Source: Armatimonadota bacterium (GTDB lineage: Bacteria; Armatimonadota; Fimbriimonadia; Fimbriimonadales; Fimbriimonadaceae). Taken from it: a DNA stretch of 64,000 nucleotides. Location of the stretch: positions 34,314-98,313 of the forward strand of contig WGMG01000009.1 of assembly GCA_016125185.1 (NCBI GenBank), written 5' to 3'. The notes below the pieces were generated by a model. It was not told where the DNA came from. It searched no databases and saw only the letters and a program-made list of their open reading frames with translations. Within the stretch, counting starts at the first letter, position 1; the number at the start of each line of letters is the position of its first letter. Both the position numbers and the translations under genes were made by a program. Shown here piece after piece: positions 56,044 to 64,000 of the stretch.

Positions 56044-56644
56044 GAAGAAACAAGCTCTGGTCCTCGCCGTCCTCTTCGTGTTGATCCTCGGAGTCGGAGC
56101 CTTCCGAATGATGGGTGGATCGCAGGCAGCCCCTGCCGCCGCCAAGAAGAAGACCGACGACAAGGCAACCGAGAACAAGGACAGCGAAAAGCCGGTCATC
56201 AAGAACCCGGAATTCAAGCCGCTGGCGTCTCGCGATCCGTTTATGCCCGCGCCGTTCATGACGGCCGGAGCGGATCAGCCGACGACCCCAGTGCCAACGC
56301 CGACGCCTAGATCAGCGCCGAAGGCGGACACCGAGAGAACCGCTCCGTTGCCGATGCCTTTCAGCGACGACCACACGGGCTTCAAGGCCGGAGGCATTGC
56401 GCCTCTGCCCGTCCCCCAAGATGTCAAGCCGGTGTTCAACTACTCGGTCGTCGGTCTCATCGAAGGCGCGCATCCCGCGGCTGTCTTCGAAGACGCGCAA
56501 GGCAATCAACAGATGGTTGAGATCGGCCAAGGCATTGGATCGAGCGCAACCCTGATCGACATCACTCGCGGAAGAGTCCGCGTCAAGTTTAACGCAGAGA
56601 CATTGGTGCTCAATGTCGGAGGAAACCCACCACATGCAAAATAA
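56033..56644 (+). CDS. PilP-like protein (TM anchor, Pro/Thr-rich linker, C-terminal beta domain)
   Basis: The internal ATG 56033 is preceded by the same AGGGAGG SD as pilM. Product reads MNREKKQALVLAVLFVLILGVGAF..., with an RDPF motif and a C-terminal VGLIEG...AVFEDAQGNQQMVEIGQGI beta-sandwich-like segment. The track start 55874 is over-extended. Confidence 0.6.
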   Translation: MNREKKQALVLAVLFVLILGVGAFRMMGGSQAAPAAAKKKTDDKATENKDSEKPVIKNPEFKPLASRDPFMPAPFMTAGADQPTTPVPTPTPRSAPKADTERTAPLPMPFSDDHTGFKAGGIAPLPVPQDVKPVFNYSVVGLIEGAHPAAVFEDAQGNQQMVEIGQGIGSSATLIDITRGRVRVKFNAETLVLNVGGNPPHAK

Positions 56645-59348
56645 TGAGAAACGAGCGGCCCTAGTCGGGCTCTTTGTGGCGGCGGCAGCAGTGTCGTCCG
56701 CGCAAGGGCGAGTCACTGGCGTGTCCGTTTCGAAGATGACCTTCGGGGTCCAGGTTCAGATCACAGGAAAGAACCTCGCCGAACCCAAGGGTGTCTTCGG
56801 GCAATCGGACTGCTATTACTCGCTGGAATTCGATAATCCGTACGCTGGCAAAGCGGAAAAGACCCCTGTTTGGATGAACGGACTTGAGTCCATTACGACC
56901 ATCGCCGAGCACGGCAAGTCGGGCAAGACCAAGCTCTCGTTCAAGTTTTCCAACGGCGTAAATGCCTCGTTCTGCAAGAACGAAAAGGGATACATCGTCT
57001 ACTTCCAGCCTAGTACTTCGCTCGATACTCTGCCGGTCAACAAGACCGACAAGGCGACCCTGGACGCCCCGAAAGCAGTGGCCAAGAAGACGGTTGATCC
57101 GGCTCCGATGCCTCACTTTCTCACGGCTCCCGAGTCAACCGCCGTGGCGACCCAGACCAGTGAAAACGGGTCCAAGTCGTTCACTGAGAATATCAATTCG
57201 TGGCTGAAGACCCTTCCGGCAACGAAGGCACCGGATACAACGCCGAAGATCGACGTCAAGCCGCAGGTCTTCGCCTCGTCCGACGACAAGACAGTCACCA
57301 AGGAAGTCTCGAACGGCAAATCGGATTCCGAACCGCTCGTCAGCATCGACTTTGTGAATACGGATGTCGTCCAGATTCTCAAGTCGCTGGCGCGACAGAC
57401 CAACGCCAACATCGTCTCCTCACCCGACGTGACCGGTAAGCTCTCGATCAAGCTGAACAATGTCAGCATCCGCGAGTCGCTCAACCTCGTCACCTCGCTC
57501 GCAGGTCTCAAGTTCGCGATGGTCGGCAAGACGTACGTCGTGACGTCGCCTTCCAAATTCATCGATACGCTGAGAAGCGTCCAGGGCAACACCGAGGAGA
57601 TGACCCTTTCGCGGATCGTCCCCATCTACAGTGGCCAGGGAACGCAGATCAAAGTCGCGGTTCTCAAATCGGTTTCCTCCGAGAATGCCTTTGGTCGTTT
57701 CGAGCTTGTCCTCCCGTCCGAGAAGAACGTGGTCAGCACCACGCAGAAGGTCGGCGACAAGAAAGATGACGACAAGGGTGGAGTGAACATCCAATCCGAG
57801 ACCAACGACACGTTGAAGGACAACTACGTGATGGTTATCGGTTCGCCGAGCCGCCTCGACGAAGTCGAGCAACTCGTGTCGAACATCGACCAACAACTCT
57901 GCAGCGCCCTCGGCATCCGAGTACCGACCAGCAACAAGCAGGTCATCGAGACCTACTATGTTCACGGCGGACGCGCCACCGACCTGGTGGATGCCGTTGC
58001 GGGCAAGGGTAAGACCAACGTTGGAGACGTGGACCTTTTTGCCACACCGTCCAACAGCATCGCCAAGCAGTCGATCGTCATCAAGGGACGAGCCGACGAA
58101 GTCCAAAACGTGCTCAAGGCGTTCGCCCAACTCGATAGCGACGAAACAACGATCGCATCTGAGTTCAAGATCGTCGACCTGAACTACGCCGACCCGCGAA
58201 CCGTTCGCGAGCTTGTCGTCGCCCAGGTCCCTGGCGTCACCTGCGTCATCGCTCCTAACGGAGTCATGAACTCGCAGACCTATAAGAAGGATGACATTCG
58301 CAACCAGAGCGAACAGCGCGGTACGGATCAGCCTGCTCCACAGGGCGGCGGCACCGGCAACACCAGCGGTCAGTCGGCCAACCAGGCTTCGGGCCAGCAG
58401 AACAATGGCACTGGCAACGACAGCAAGCAGGGTAAGGACACCGCCGACAGCGGCATCACCCTTCCGTTCGAAGATTTCGAGAAGATTGCGGTTCCGATGC
58501 GCCTCATCGTCAAGGGAACGCGAGACCAGGTCGAGCGAGCAATGGAGTGGATCAAAGCCACCGACGTCGCTCCTCGTCAAGTCGCTCTCGAAATGCGCGT
58601 CATGGAACTCAGCCGCGAAGAAATGCTGAAGATGGGTATCGATTGGAACCTCTTCACTAGCGGCGCAATCAAGACGATTACCCTGAACAACGCTCAGACG
58701 TCGCCGTCCAACACGATCGGCGCAAGCATCCAGGGTCACGACATCTCAGGCGACGTTGCCGCCAGCCTCGATTCCATTTCGAACGGCAGCAACCTCATCT
58801 CCCGACCGAACCTTCTCTGTAACGACGGACGAGAAAGCGAAGTCTTCGTAGGCGACGCCATCCGATACGTCGAGTCGATCATCTCCAGCCAAAACGGCCC
58901 GAGTGTCACCACCGGCACCGTTCGAGCTGGCGTCCGACTGGCATGTTTCCCGCGAATCGGCGGCGACGACACGCTGAACCTCGACATCCGATCGTCCATC
59001 ACTTACCTAAAGGGCTTCAAGACGGTTCCGCAGATCGGTGGCGAATTGCCGCAGACCAGCGAGCGAACGGCCCAAAACACCATCACGATGAAGAGCGGTG
59101 AGACCTTTGCCATCGGCGGCCTCATCCAGCAGCAAGACGTGGTCGAACTGAGCGGTCTGCCGATCCTCAAGGATCTGCCGATCGTGGGTCAGTTCTTCCG
59201 ACGAACGACCAAGGACAAGATCCGAACCGAACTCGTCATCTTCGTGACGGCGAAGGTCGTCGGTCCTCATGACCAGAAGACGCTTCCGATGAACTCGGAC
59301 TCAGATCTGATCAAGCACAAGACCAATCTGCCGGGAGGTAAGGGCTAA
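56634..59348 (+). CDS. pilQ: Type IV pilus secretin PilQ (AMIN + STN + N-domains + secretin)
   Basis: AMIN-like N-terminus; STN-like IDFVNTDVVQILKSLARQTNANIV...; secretin C-terminus GETFAIGGLIQQQ....LSGLPILKDLPIVGQFFR...ELVIFVTAKVV. The start is either 56634 or 56613. Confidence 0.85.
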   Translation: MQNNEKRAALVGLFVAAAAVSSAQGRVTGVSVSKMTFGVQVQITGKNLAEPKGVFGQSDCYYSLEFDNPYAGKAEKTPVWMNGLESITTIAEHGKSGKTKLSFKFSNGVNASFCKNEKGYIVYFQPSTSLDTLPVNKTDKATLDAPKAVAKKTVDPAPMPHFLTAPESTAVATQTSENGSKSFTENINSWLKTLPATKAPDTTPKIDVKPQVFASSDDKTVTKEVSNGKSDSEPLVSIDFVNTDVVQILKSLARQTNANIVSSPDVTGKLSIKLNNVSIRESLNLVTSLAGLKFAMVGKTYVVTSPSKFIDTLRSVQGNTEEMTLSRIVPIYSGQGTQIKVAVLKSVSSENAFGRFELVLPSEKNVVSTTQKVGDKKDDDKGGVNIQSETNDTLKDNYVMVIGSPSRLDEVEQLVSNIDQQLCSALGIRVPTSNKQVIETYYVHGGRATDLVDAVAGKGKTNVGDVDLFATPSNSIAKQSIVIKGRADEVQNVLKAFAQLDSDETTIASEFKIVDLNYADPRTVRELVVAQVPGVTCVIAPNGVMNSQTYKKDDIRNQSEQRGTDQPAPQGGGTGNTSGQSANQASGQQNNGTGNDSKQGKDTADSGITLPFEDFEKIAVPMRLIVKGTRDQVERAMEWIKATDVAPRQVALEMRVMELSREEMLKMGIDWNLFTSGAIKTITLNNAQTSPSNTIGASIQGHDISGDVAASLDSISNGSNLISRPNLLCNDGRESEVFVGDAIRYVESIISSQNGPSVTTGTVRAGVRLACFPRIGGDDTLNLDIRSSITYLKGFKTVPQIGGELPQTSERTAQNTITMKSGETFAIGGLIQQQDVVELSGLPILKDLPIVGQFFRRTTKDKIRTELVIFVTAKVVGPHDQKTLPMNSDSDLIKHKTNLPGGKG

Positions 59349-59350
59349 TC

Positions 59351-59764
59351 ATGCGAAAGGTTGGAATCCTGGCTGTTGCCGCCGCTAGCCTCATCATTGG
59401 ATGCGGAGGAGCCGGCGACACCAGCAACCTTCCGAGCCTATATGTAGGCGATTGGACCGGAACTTGGACCAGCGTCGATGCGAACGATACCGGAGCCATT
59501 GCGCTCACGGTCACCAGCAACGGCAGCTTTTCGGGAACGATTGCTACAAAGACAGACTCTGGAACCATTTCTGGTGTTATCGACAAGCACGGTTCGATGA
59601 ACGCGATCGGTACGTTTACGAATAGCCCGAACATGGTCATCACCGGAGCCGTGACGCTGAACAATGGAGACATCACCAGCAACTTCACGTACACCGTCAA
59701 TGGTGTGAAGTATGGTGGCAGTTTCGACTGCACGCCCAACACGGGCGGCACAACTGGCGGCTAG
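59351..59764 (+). CDS. Small beta-rich lipoprotein co-transcribed with pilQ (possible secretin-associated/pilotin-like factor)
   Basis: Lipobox LIIGC. The ATG is 2 nt after the pilQ stop, with GGAGG upstream. The product is Gly/Thr/Ser-rich with three G.I.G/T-type strand repeats. No family recognised. Confidence 0.55.
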   Translation: MRKVGILAVAAASLIIGCGGAGDTSNLPSLYVGDWTGTWTSVDANDTGAIALTVTSNGSFSGTIATKTDSGTISGVIDKHGSMNAIGTFTNSPNMVITGAVTLNNGDITSNFTYTVNGVKYGGSFDCTPNTGGTTGG

Positions 59765-59770
59765 CTCCGG

Positions 59771-61174
59771 CTAAAGGAGCTTAGCTCGACTCTTGGGAGA
59801 GCCCTTGGATATCGCCAAGGGCTCTCGTGCTTTTTTTGAGGCACCTGCCGACAAGTAGGCATAACCCTCTTCGTGTTCCGCCGCCTCCACCCCATTCAAG
59901 GCTCGCAACGGCAGAGGAATTCGCTCCACGGCCACCCGCGCCGCCTCGCGCATCGGCAGGCGAGACTTCACAAACGGCCGTTCAAAAATGAACGAGAAAA
60001 GCCAACTGATGATCAAGATCGAAGGCAGGGCCGCCAAAAGCAGATAGCCCATCGTCATCTCCGACCCCAGCACCCACGCTGGCTTATGGACGTAGAAAAT
60101 CTGCAGAAGCGGATGGTGGAGCAGGTACAGGCTGTAGCTGAAAATGCCAATCCGCACCAGCCATTTCAGCGAGAAGAACCGCTCGATCCACGACCCCGGC
60201 GCCACCGTCATTGCGTACAGAAGCGTCGCCGTCGAAAGCCCGAACGTAATGTCCGAAGAGATCAACGTCGGCGTGTCGAAAATCTTGCCCTGACTGAGCG
60301 CACCCATCACGATTTTCGCCGTGATCGCAACCCCGACCAGGCTCAAAAAGATGCCCGTGCCTGCCTTCGGACCGATCTTCAAGCTGGGTCGATACGAGAA
60401 GTGCGCGGCCATCATCCCCAGCACGAACAGAATCGCAAACCATGTATAGGTCTTGCCCGCACCGGGCAGGTAGTTCACCACCAGCACCGTCGGAATGATC
60501 GTCAGGATCAGCAGAGTCAGCGGGCTCCGCTTCTGCATGATCAGGATCATGAATGGGAACACCAAGTAAAGCTGAAACTCGATGGCGATGCTCCACAGCA
60601 CGCCGTTGATCTTATAAAGCCAATCCACCGACCAGTTGTGGACCAAGAAAATATGCGCCCAAAGACTCTCTTTCGAGATCGGTACGTAATTGCGGAACGG
60701 CGGCACATTTCCATTCGGGATCGTCACGTACTGGCAAACCAGATACGAAAAGCCCAAGCAGGCATAATATGCGGGCAAAATCCGCAAAGCCCGCCTCTTG
60801 AAGAACTTGCCCAGCCCGTAGACCCGCCCGTCCCCGCGCTGATACAGGCCGTACTGAAGGCTGAATCCGCTGAGAACGATGAACGCCGCCACCGCTAGGT
60901 GGCCGTGCCAAAAGGGCGACATCAAGGCTTGCAGAAGCGGCGAAGCGATGCTCTTGCCCGTGTCCAAGAACTTGGCATCCACCATCCCACAGAAGTGGCC
61001 GATGACCACGTACAGGGCCGCTACCGCGCGCATCCCCTCGATGAACTCCAGTTTGGTGCTCACCTCAGAATATTTTCGTTTGCGTTTTCCGCCCTTATTG
61101 GCGGCCTTTTTGGGTAACCCTTTTTCGCGGGATACGTCTGAAACAGAAGAAATGGTTTTTTCGCGCGCTTTCAT
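59771..61174 (-). CDS. Acyltransferase family 3 (OafA/YrhL-like) membrane protein
   Basis: FIEGMRAVAALYVVIGHF is the family N-terminal motif, followed by about 10 TM helices. The start is uncertain (ATG 61174 or a downstream GTG), and the track start 61228 is over-extended. Confidence 0.7.
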   Translation of the reverse strand: MKAREKTISSVSDVSREKGLPKKAANKGGKRKRKYSEVSTKLEFIEGMRAVAALYVVIGHFCGMVDAKFLDTGKSIASPLLQALMSPFWHGHLAVAAFIVLSGFSLQYGLYQRGDGRVYGLGKFFKRRALRILPAYYACLGFSYLVCQYVTIPNGNVPPFRNYVPISKESLWAHIFLVHNWSVDWLYKINGVLWSIAIEFQLYLVFPFMILIMQKRSPLTLLILTIIPTVLVVNYLPGAGKTYTWFAILFVLGMMAAHFSYRPSLKIGPKAGTGIFLSLVGVAITAKIVMGALSQGKIFDTPTLISSDITFGLSTATLLYAMTVAPGSWIERFFSLKWLVRIGIFSYSLYLLHHPLLQIFYVHKPAWVLGSEMTMGYLLLAALPSILIISWLFSFIFERPFVKSRLPMREAARVAVERIPLPLRALNGVEAAEHEEGYAYLSAGASKKAREPLAISKGSPKSRAKLL

Positions 61175-62357
61175 TTGCCTCCTGTTTCTCACTGTATGGA
61201 CGGCTATCGTAACCGCCCAGTTTCCCAATACTGCTCAAATGGTACGTTGGCGGACCATTGCTTCGGGTACCTCTAGTACCGAAACCCGGCAAAAATTAGT
61301 TCTCGCCAGCGAAAGAACCGAGCTGGAAAACTACTGGATGCCGGTTTTGAAGCAGAATCGGGCGCAACCCCTTATCGATTTTAACAAAGATCGAGTGGCG
61401 ATTATCTTCTTAGGGACTCGAAATACCGGCGGATACTCCGCTCAAGTTAGCGATGTCATCGGTCAGGGCGGTGCCACCGCCATCGTTTGCGTCAATGAAC
61501 TGATCCCCGGCAAAAAGCAGCCGGTCACCCAAAGCCTCACCTCGCCGTGGGTCATGATCGCCATCGACCGGGGCTACTTGGACCTAAGCGCCAAGTTCCA
61601 AAAGGTCGAAAGCACCGCCCTCCCGTCCTATCAGATCAACCCGCTCACGACCTTCACGCCTCTGCCCTGGAGCCCCTGCGGCTACGGCATCGGCGGAAGC
61701 TGGAACGATCCGTGCGGCTTCGGCTTCGATACGCCTTACGAATTCCAGAACTGGTGCCAGCGCAACCGCTTCGACTACCCCAGCTACGATGCCATCGACT
61801 TCAGCATCAATCGTCTCGTGCTGGTCAGTGCCGGTGACTACGGCCTAGGCTTCCGACTTCAGATCGGCGACGTCTTCATCAGCGGCGGCGAAACCATCAT
61901 TCAGGTTCACCGCAGTTCGACCGCCATCGCATCGGGCCAACGAAGCTACGCCCTCCTCGCCCTTAGCCGACAAACCCAGAAGTACACCGTCGAATATGTC
62001 GTCGATGGAAGCGAATGCTATCTCGATAGCGGCACCTTCCTCCCATTCCCCTCGGCTGGAGCCTGGATTTGCTCGAACTCGCGTGACCTAGAGCGACTAG
62101 CTCCCGGCAACGTCGTTCTGCCCAATAGCTTCGGCGGATTCGATTTCACTCGTGGAAGCCTCGGCATCGTCTTCCTCGGTCAGCAACAACCGCACGTGAA
62201 TTACTCCGTAGCTGGCGTCGCCTACCGCGGCACCGTGGCGTATGTGTACGTCAAGAAAACGGTGATCGTCGCTGGGCTGGCAAACCCGACCTCGCCCTAC
62301 TTCGCCTTCCGGTTTGATAAGCGAATCCGAAGCGTAAAGGTCGTCGACGCGCCCTAA
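61152..62357 (+). CDS. Secreted protein with an N-terminal PrcB_C-like domain and two further related repeats
   Basis: The internal ATG 61152 gives the signal peptide MVFSRAFICLLFLTVWTAIVTAQ. RVAIIFLGTRNTGGYSAQVSDVIGQGGATAIVCVNELIPG...VTQSLTSPWVMIAI resembles the PrcB C-terminal domain. The track start 60879 is antisense to the acyltransferase and over-extended. Confidence 0.55.
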   Translation: MVFSRAFICLLFLTVWTAIVTAQFPNTAQMVRWRTIASGTSSTETRQKLVLASERTELENYWMPVLKQNRAQPLIDFNKDRVAIIFLGTRNTGGYSAQVSDVIGQGGATAIVCVNELIPGKKQPVTQSLTSPWVMIAIDRGYLDLSAKFQKVESTALPSYQINPLTTFTPLPWSPCGYGIGGSWNDPCGFGFDTPYEFQNWCQRNRFDYPSYDAIDFSINRLVLVSAGDYGLGFRLQIGDVFISGGETIIQVHRSSTAIASGQRSYALLALSRQTQKYTVEYVVDGSECYLDSGTFLPFPSAGAWICSNSRDLERLAPGNVVLPNSFGGFDFTRGSLGIVFLGQQQPHVNYSVAGVAYRGTVAYVYVKKTVIVAGLANPTSPYFAFRFDKRIRSVKVVDAP

Positions 62358-63160
62358 CGCTTCAGGAGGCCCTGCTCGTGCAAAAACATGAGCAGGGCTT
62401 CGCGGCCCGAAAGACCGGTCGTCTGGACTCGCCGTCCCGACTTCTTCGACCACGGTTCATCGGTCGACATGGCGTGCGAAGCAAAGTACTCTGCCGCCCT
62501 CTGGTCGTATTCCCGGCTATCCAGCGACTCGGGATACTCCTCCTCAAACCAGACCTGATCCTGCGACAACCGAGGCTTGATGTCCGCCCGCGCGTTCTCC
62601 GCCGGACGTCCGATGCACAGCCCAAAGATGCCGAAAGTCTTCTCCGGCAGGTTCAAAATCTCCCTGACGCGATCCGGGTGGTTGCGAAGCGCCCCTATGT
62701 AGCAGATGCCGTAACCCAGCGCCTCTGCCGCGCACACCATTCGTTCCGCCGCCAACGCCGCGTCGATGACTGCCACCGTGTACATCTCCGCCGTATCCAG
62801 GCCGTCGGGGTCGATCTCGTGCGCCACCGCGTAGCGATGAATCCGATTCAAGTCAGCCAAAAAGACGAAGAAAGCGGCTGCCGTTTCCACCTGTTTCTGG
62901 CTGGCGCACGCCTCCGCGATGGCATGGCGTTTCTCCGGGTTCTGAACCGAAATCACGCTCCAAGACTGGAGGTTGCTACTGGTCGCCGCGCTCTGCGCCG
63001 CCGCTACCAATCCCGCCATCGTCTCGACCGAGATGGCTTCGTCGGTAAATCGCCGCACCGAGCGGTGGGCCAAGAAAGGGGCTATCGGGTCAAGGTCAGC
63101 GGGCGGCTCCGATCCGAAACGCTTGTTCCAAGATTCGGAGACCTGCTCTTTGAACATCAC
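62354..63160 (-). CDS. NADPH-dependent nitroreductase family oxidoreductase (NfsA-like)
   Basis: HRSVRRFTDEAIS...AAQSAATSSNLQSWSVISV matches the NfsA-type nitroreductase N-terminal motif. Confidence 0.8.
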   Translation of the reverse strand: MMFKEQVSESWNKRFGSEPPADLDPIAPFLAHRSVRRFTDEAISVETMAGLVAAAQSAATSSNLQSWSVISVQNPEKRHAIAEACASQKQVETAAAFFVFLADLNRIHRYAVAHEIDPDGLDTAEMYTVAVIDAALAAERMVCAAEALGYGICYIGALRNHPDRVREILNLPEKTFGIFGLCIGRPAENARADIKPRLSQDQVWFEEEYPESLDSREYDQRAAEYFASHAMSTDEPWSKKSGRRVQTTGLSGREALLMFLHEQGLLKR

Positions 63161-63375
63161 TGGTTTCGCGCGGACTCTTTCCGCTTCATTTCCTGAGACT
63201 GTATTTCTCGCTCGTTGTCCAGGGCCTTCTTATTCAGCAGATTGCCCCAAATACGACCGATGCCGAATGTGATGAACATGGACACCAGCGTGAACAAAAT
63301 GAGCCCAACCACCACGCTGATCAGGAATTTCTTCCCGTTGAAGGTCGGCCCGGAATCCATCATTCCATCGCTCAT
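63157..63375 (-). CDS. Small hypothetical membrane protein (72 aa)
   Basis: One TM helix (FLISVVVGLILFTLVSMFITFGI). The ATG overlaps the upstream stop (ATGA), and its own stop overlaps the next gene's GTG start. Confidence 0.4.
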   Translation of the reverse strand: MSDGMMDSGPTFNGKKFLISVVVGLILFTLVSMFITFGIGRIWGNLLNKKALDNEREIQSQEMKRKESARNQ

Positions 63376-63944
63376 TTCTCGTCTCCCAAACTGTCTTCGA
63401 ATAGTTTTCGCAATCTCTCTCGCTCTTCCCGCTCTTTCTCTCTACGATACACGTCGTCGTAATATTCCTTCTCTCGCTTGAGTTGCGCCTTGGTCGGCTT
63501 GGCCTTCACGTAGGCATTCGAGGCCCGACGAAAACCATATGGCAAGAACGGAATCTTGTTGGCAGCGTAAGGGTAGGCAACTCCGCATCCAACGCAAGCC
63601 AAAATGCCCGCGAAGACCATTGAGCCGGTAACGGCGTAGGAGAAAAAGACGGATAGAACGGATATCACCGCGATCCACTTTCCAAGGATGGGGATAAGAC
63701 CAAACAGCATCACCGTCGCATCCTTGAACCGGGTGCCCCAAATTACCGAAAGCATTGCAACTGGAATCAGGGTCCCCATGGCGTAGTAGCCGAATATGGC
63801 GAGGGGAATAACGCCGACCAATGTACACCCAATCCAGAGAAGGAGAAAGTTTCTCGATCCATGGTCTGGCTCAAGATTCCGACCGATTCCCAGCAACCAC
63901 AGCGCCAGAAAAATCGCGAAAATTGGTCCGCTTCCCCCGCTCAA
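63372..63944 (-). CDS. Hypothetical polytopic membrane protein with charged C-terminal tail
   Basis: Four to five TM helices, then a KREKEYYDDVYRREKEREERERLRKLFE tail. No catalytic motifs recognised. Confidence 0.45.
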   Translation of the reverse strand: MSGGSGPIFAIFLALWLLGIGRNLEPDHGSRNFLLLWIGCTLVGVIPLAIFGYYAMGTLIPVAMLSVIWGTRFKDATVMLFGLIPILGKWIAVISVLSVFFSYAVTGSMVFAGILACVGCGVAYPYAANKIPFLPYGFRRASNAYVKAKPTKAQLKREKEYYDDVYRREKEREERERLRKLFEDSLGDEK

Positions 63945-64000
63945 TAGGACACTTTCCGCAAAGGGATAGGTGAGAATTGTCCAAACCTTGGGAATGAGGT

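Noticed and set aside
63841-63945. Apparent 1-nt register disagreement between my hand translation across about 63897-63903 and the ORF-track protein (LALWLLGIG)
   Set aside because: Most likely my own counting or reading error on the raw text, not a real frameshift. I kept the ORF-track coordinates, so my hand-derived coordinates elsewhere may also be off by 1 nt.

Overview
64-kb chromosomal window from a high-GC bacterium (about 55-60% GC judged by eye, not computed). PilQ secretin, a beta-barrel protein and lipoproteins suggest a diderm. The 16S sequence and gene content remind me of Armatimonadota/Fimbriimonadia-like lineages, but that is an unverified guess. About 60 protein genes, one tRNA-Lys(UUU) and one 16S rRNA gene. 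Most content is housekeeping or envelope-related: purM (partial), prmC, AI-2E transporter, sdhA, ribE, ubiE/menG plus polyprenyl synthase, pyrR-pyrB-pyrC, tricorn-like and S9 peptidases, a pilMNOPQ type IV pilus platform/secretin cluster, an ECF sigma/anti-sigma pair, an AraC/GyrI regulator pair and a DUF433/DUF5615 TA-like pair. Reading by eye I found no CRISPR array, transposase, integrase, phage genes or recognised defence system. Observations worth a second look: (1) an A/T-richer islet (6.5-9.0 kb) where two minus-strand genes each carry an upstream copy of a ~115-bp palindrome-bearing module, and a perfect 27-bp inverted repeat brackets a lipoprotein gene. (2) A 16S rRNA gene that appears to be a stand-alone unit, with its own promoter-like site and intrinsic terminator, protein genes directly downstream, and no 23S/5S or spacer tRNA in the window. 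(3) A family of CCCTCTCCCATTT-type palindromic elements flanking a DUF559 endonuclease gene where sdhB would be expected next to an orphan sdhA. (4) A circularly permuted ATP-grasp/alpha-E/transglutaminase triad with a near-consensus promoter. (5) pyrR-pyrB-pyrC joined without gaps to four envelope/unknown genes, including a membrane protein with three repeats. (6) A secreted protein with three PrcB-like repeats. The ORF track uses longest ATG/GTG/TTG ORFs, so many starts are over-extended, and many long ORFs are antisense shadows. All family assignments come from motif recognition only, and no database search was possible.
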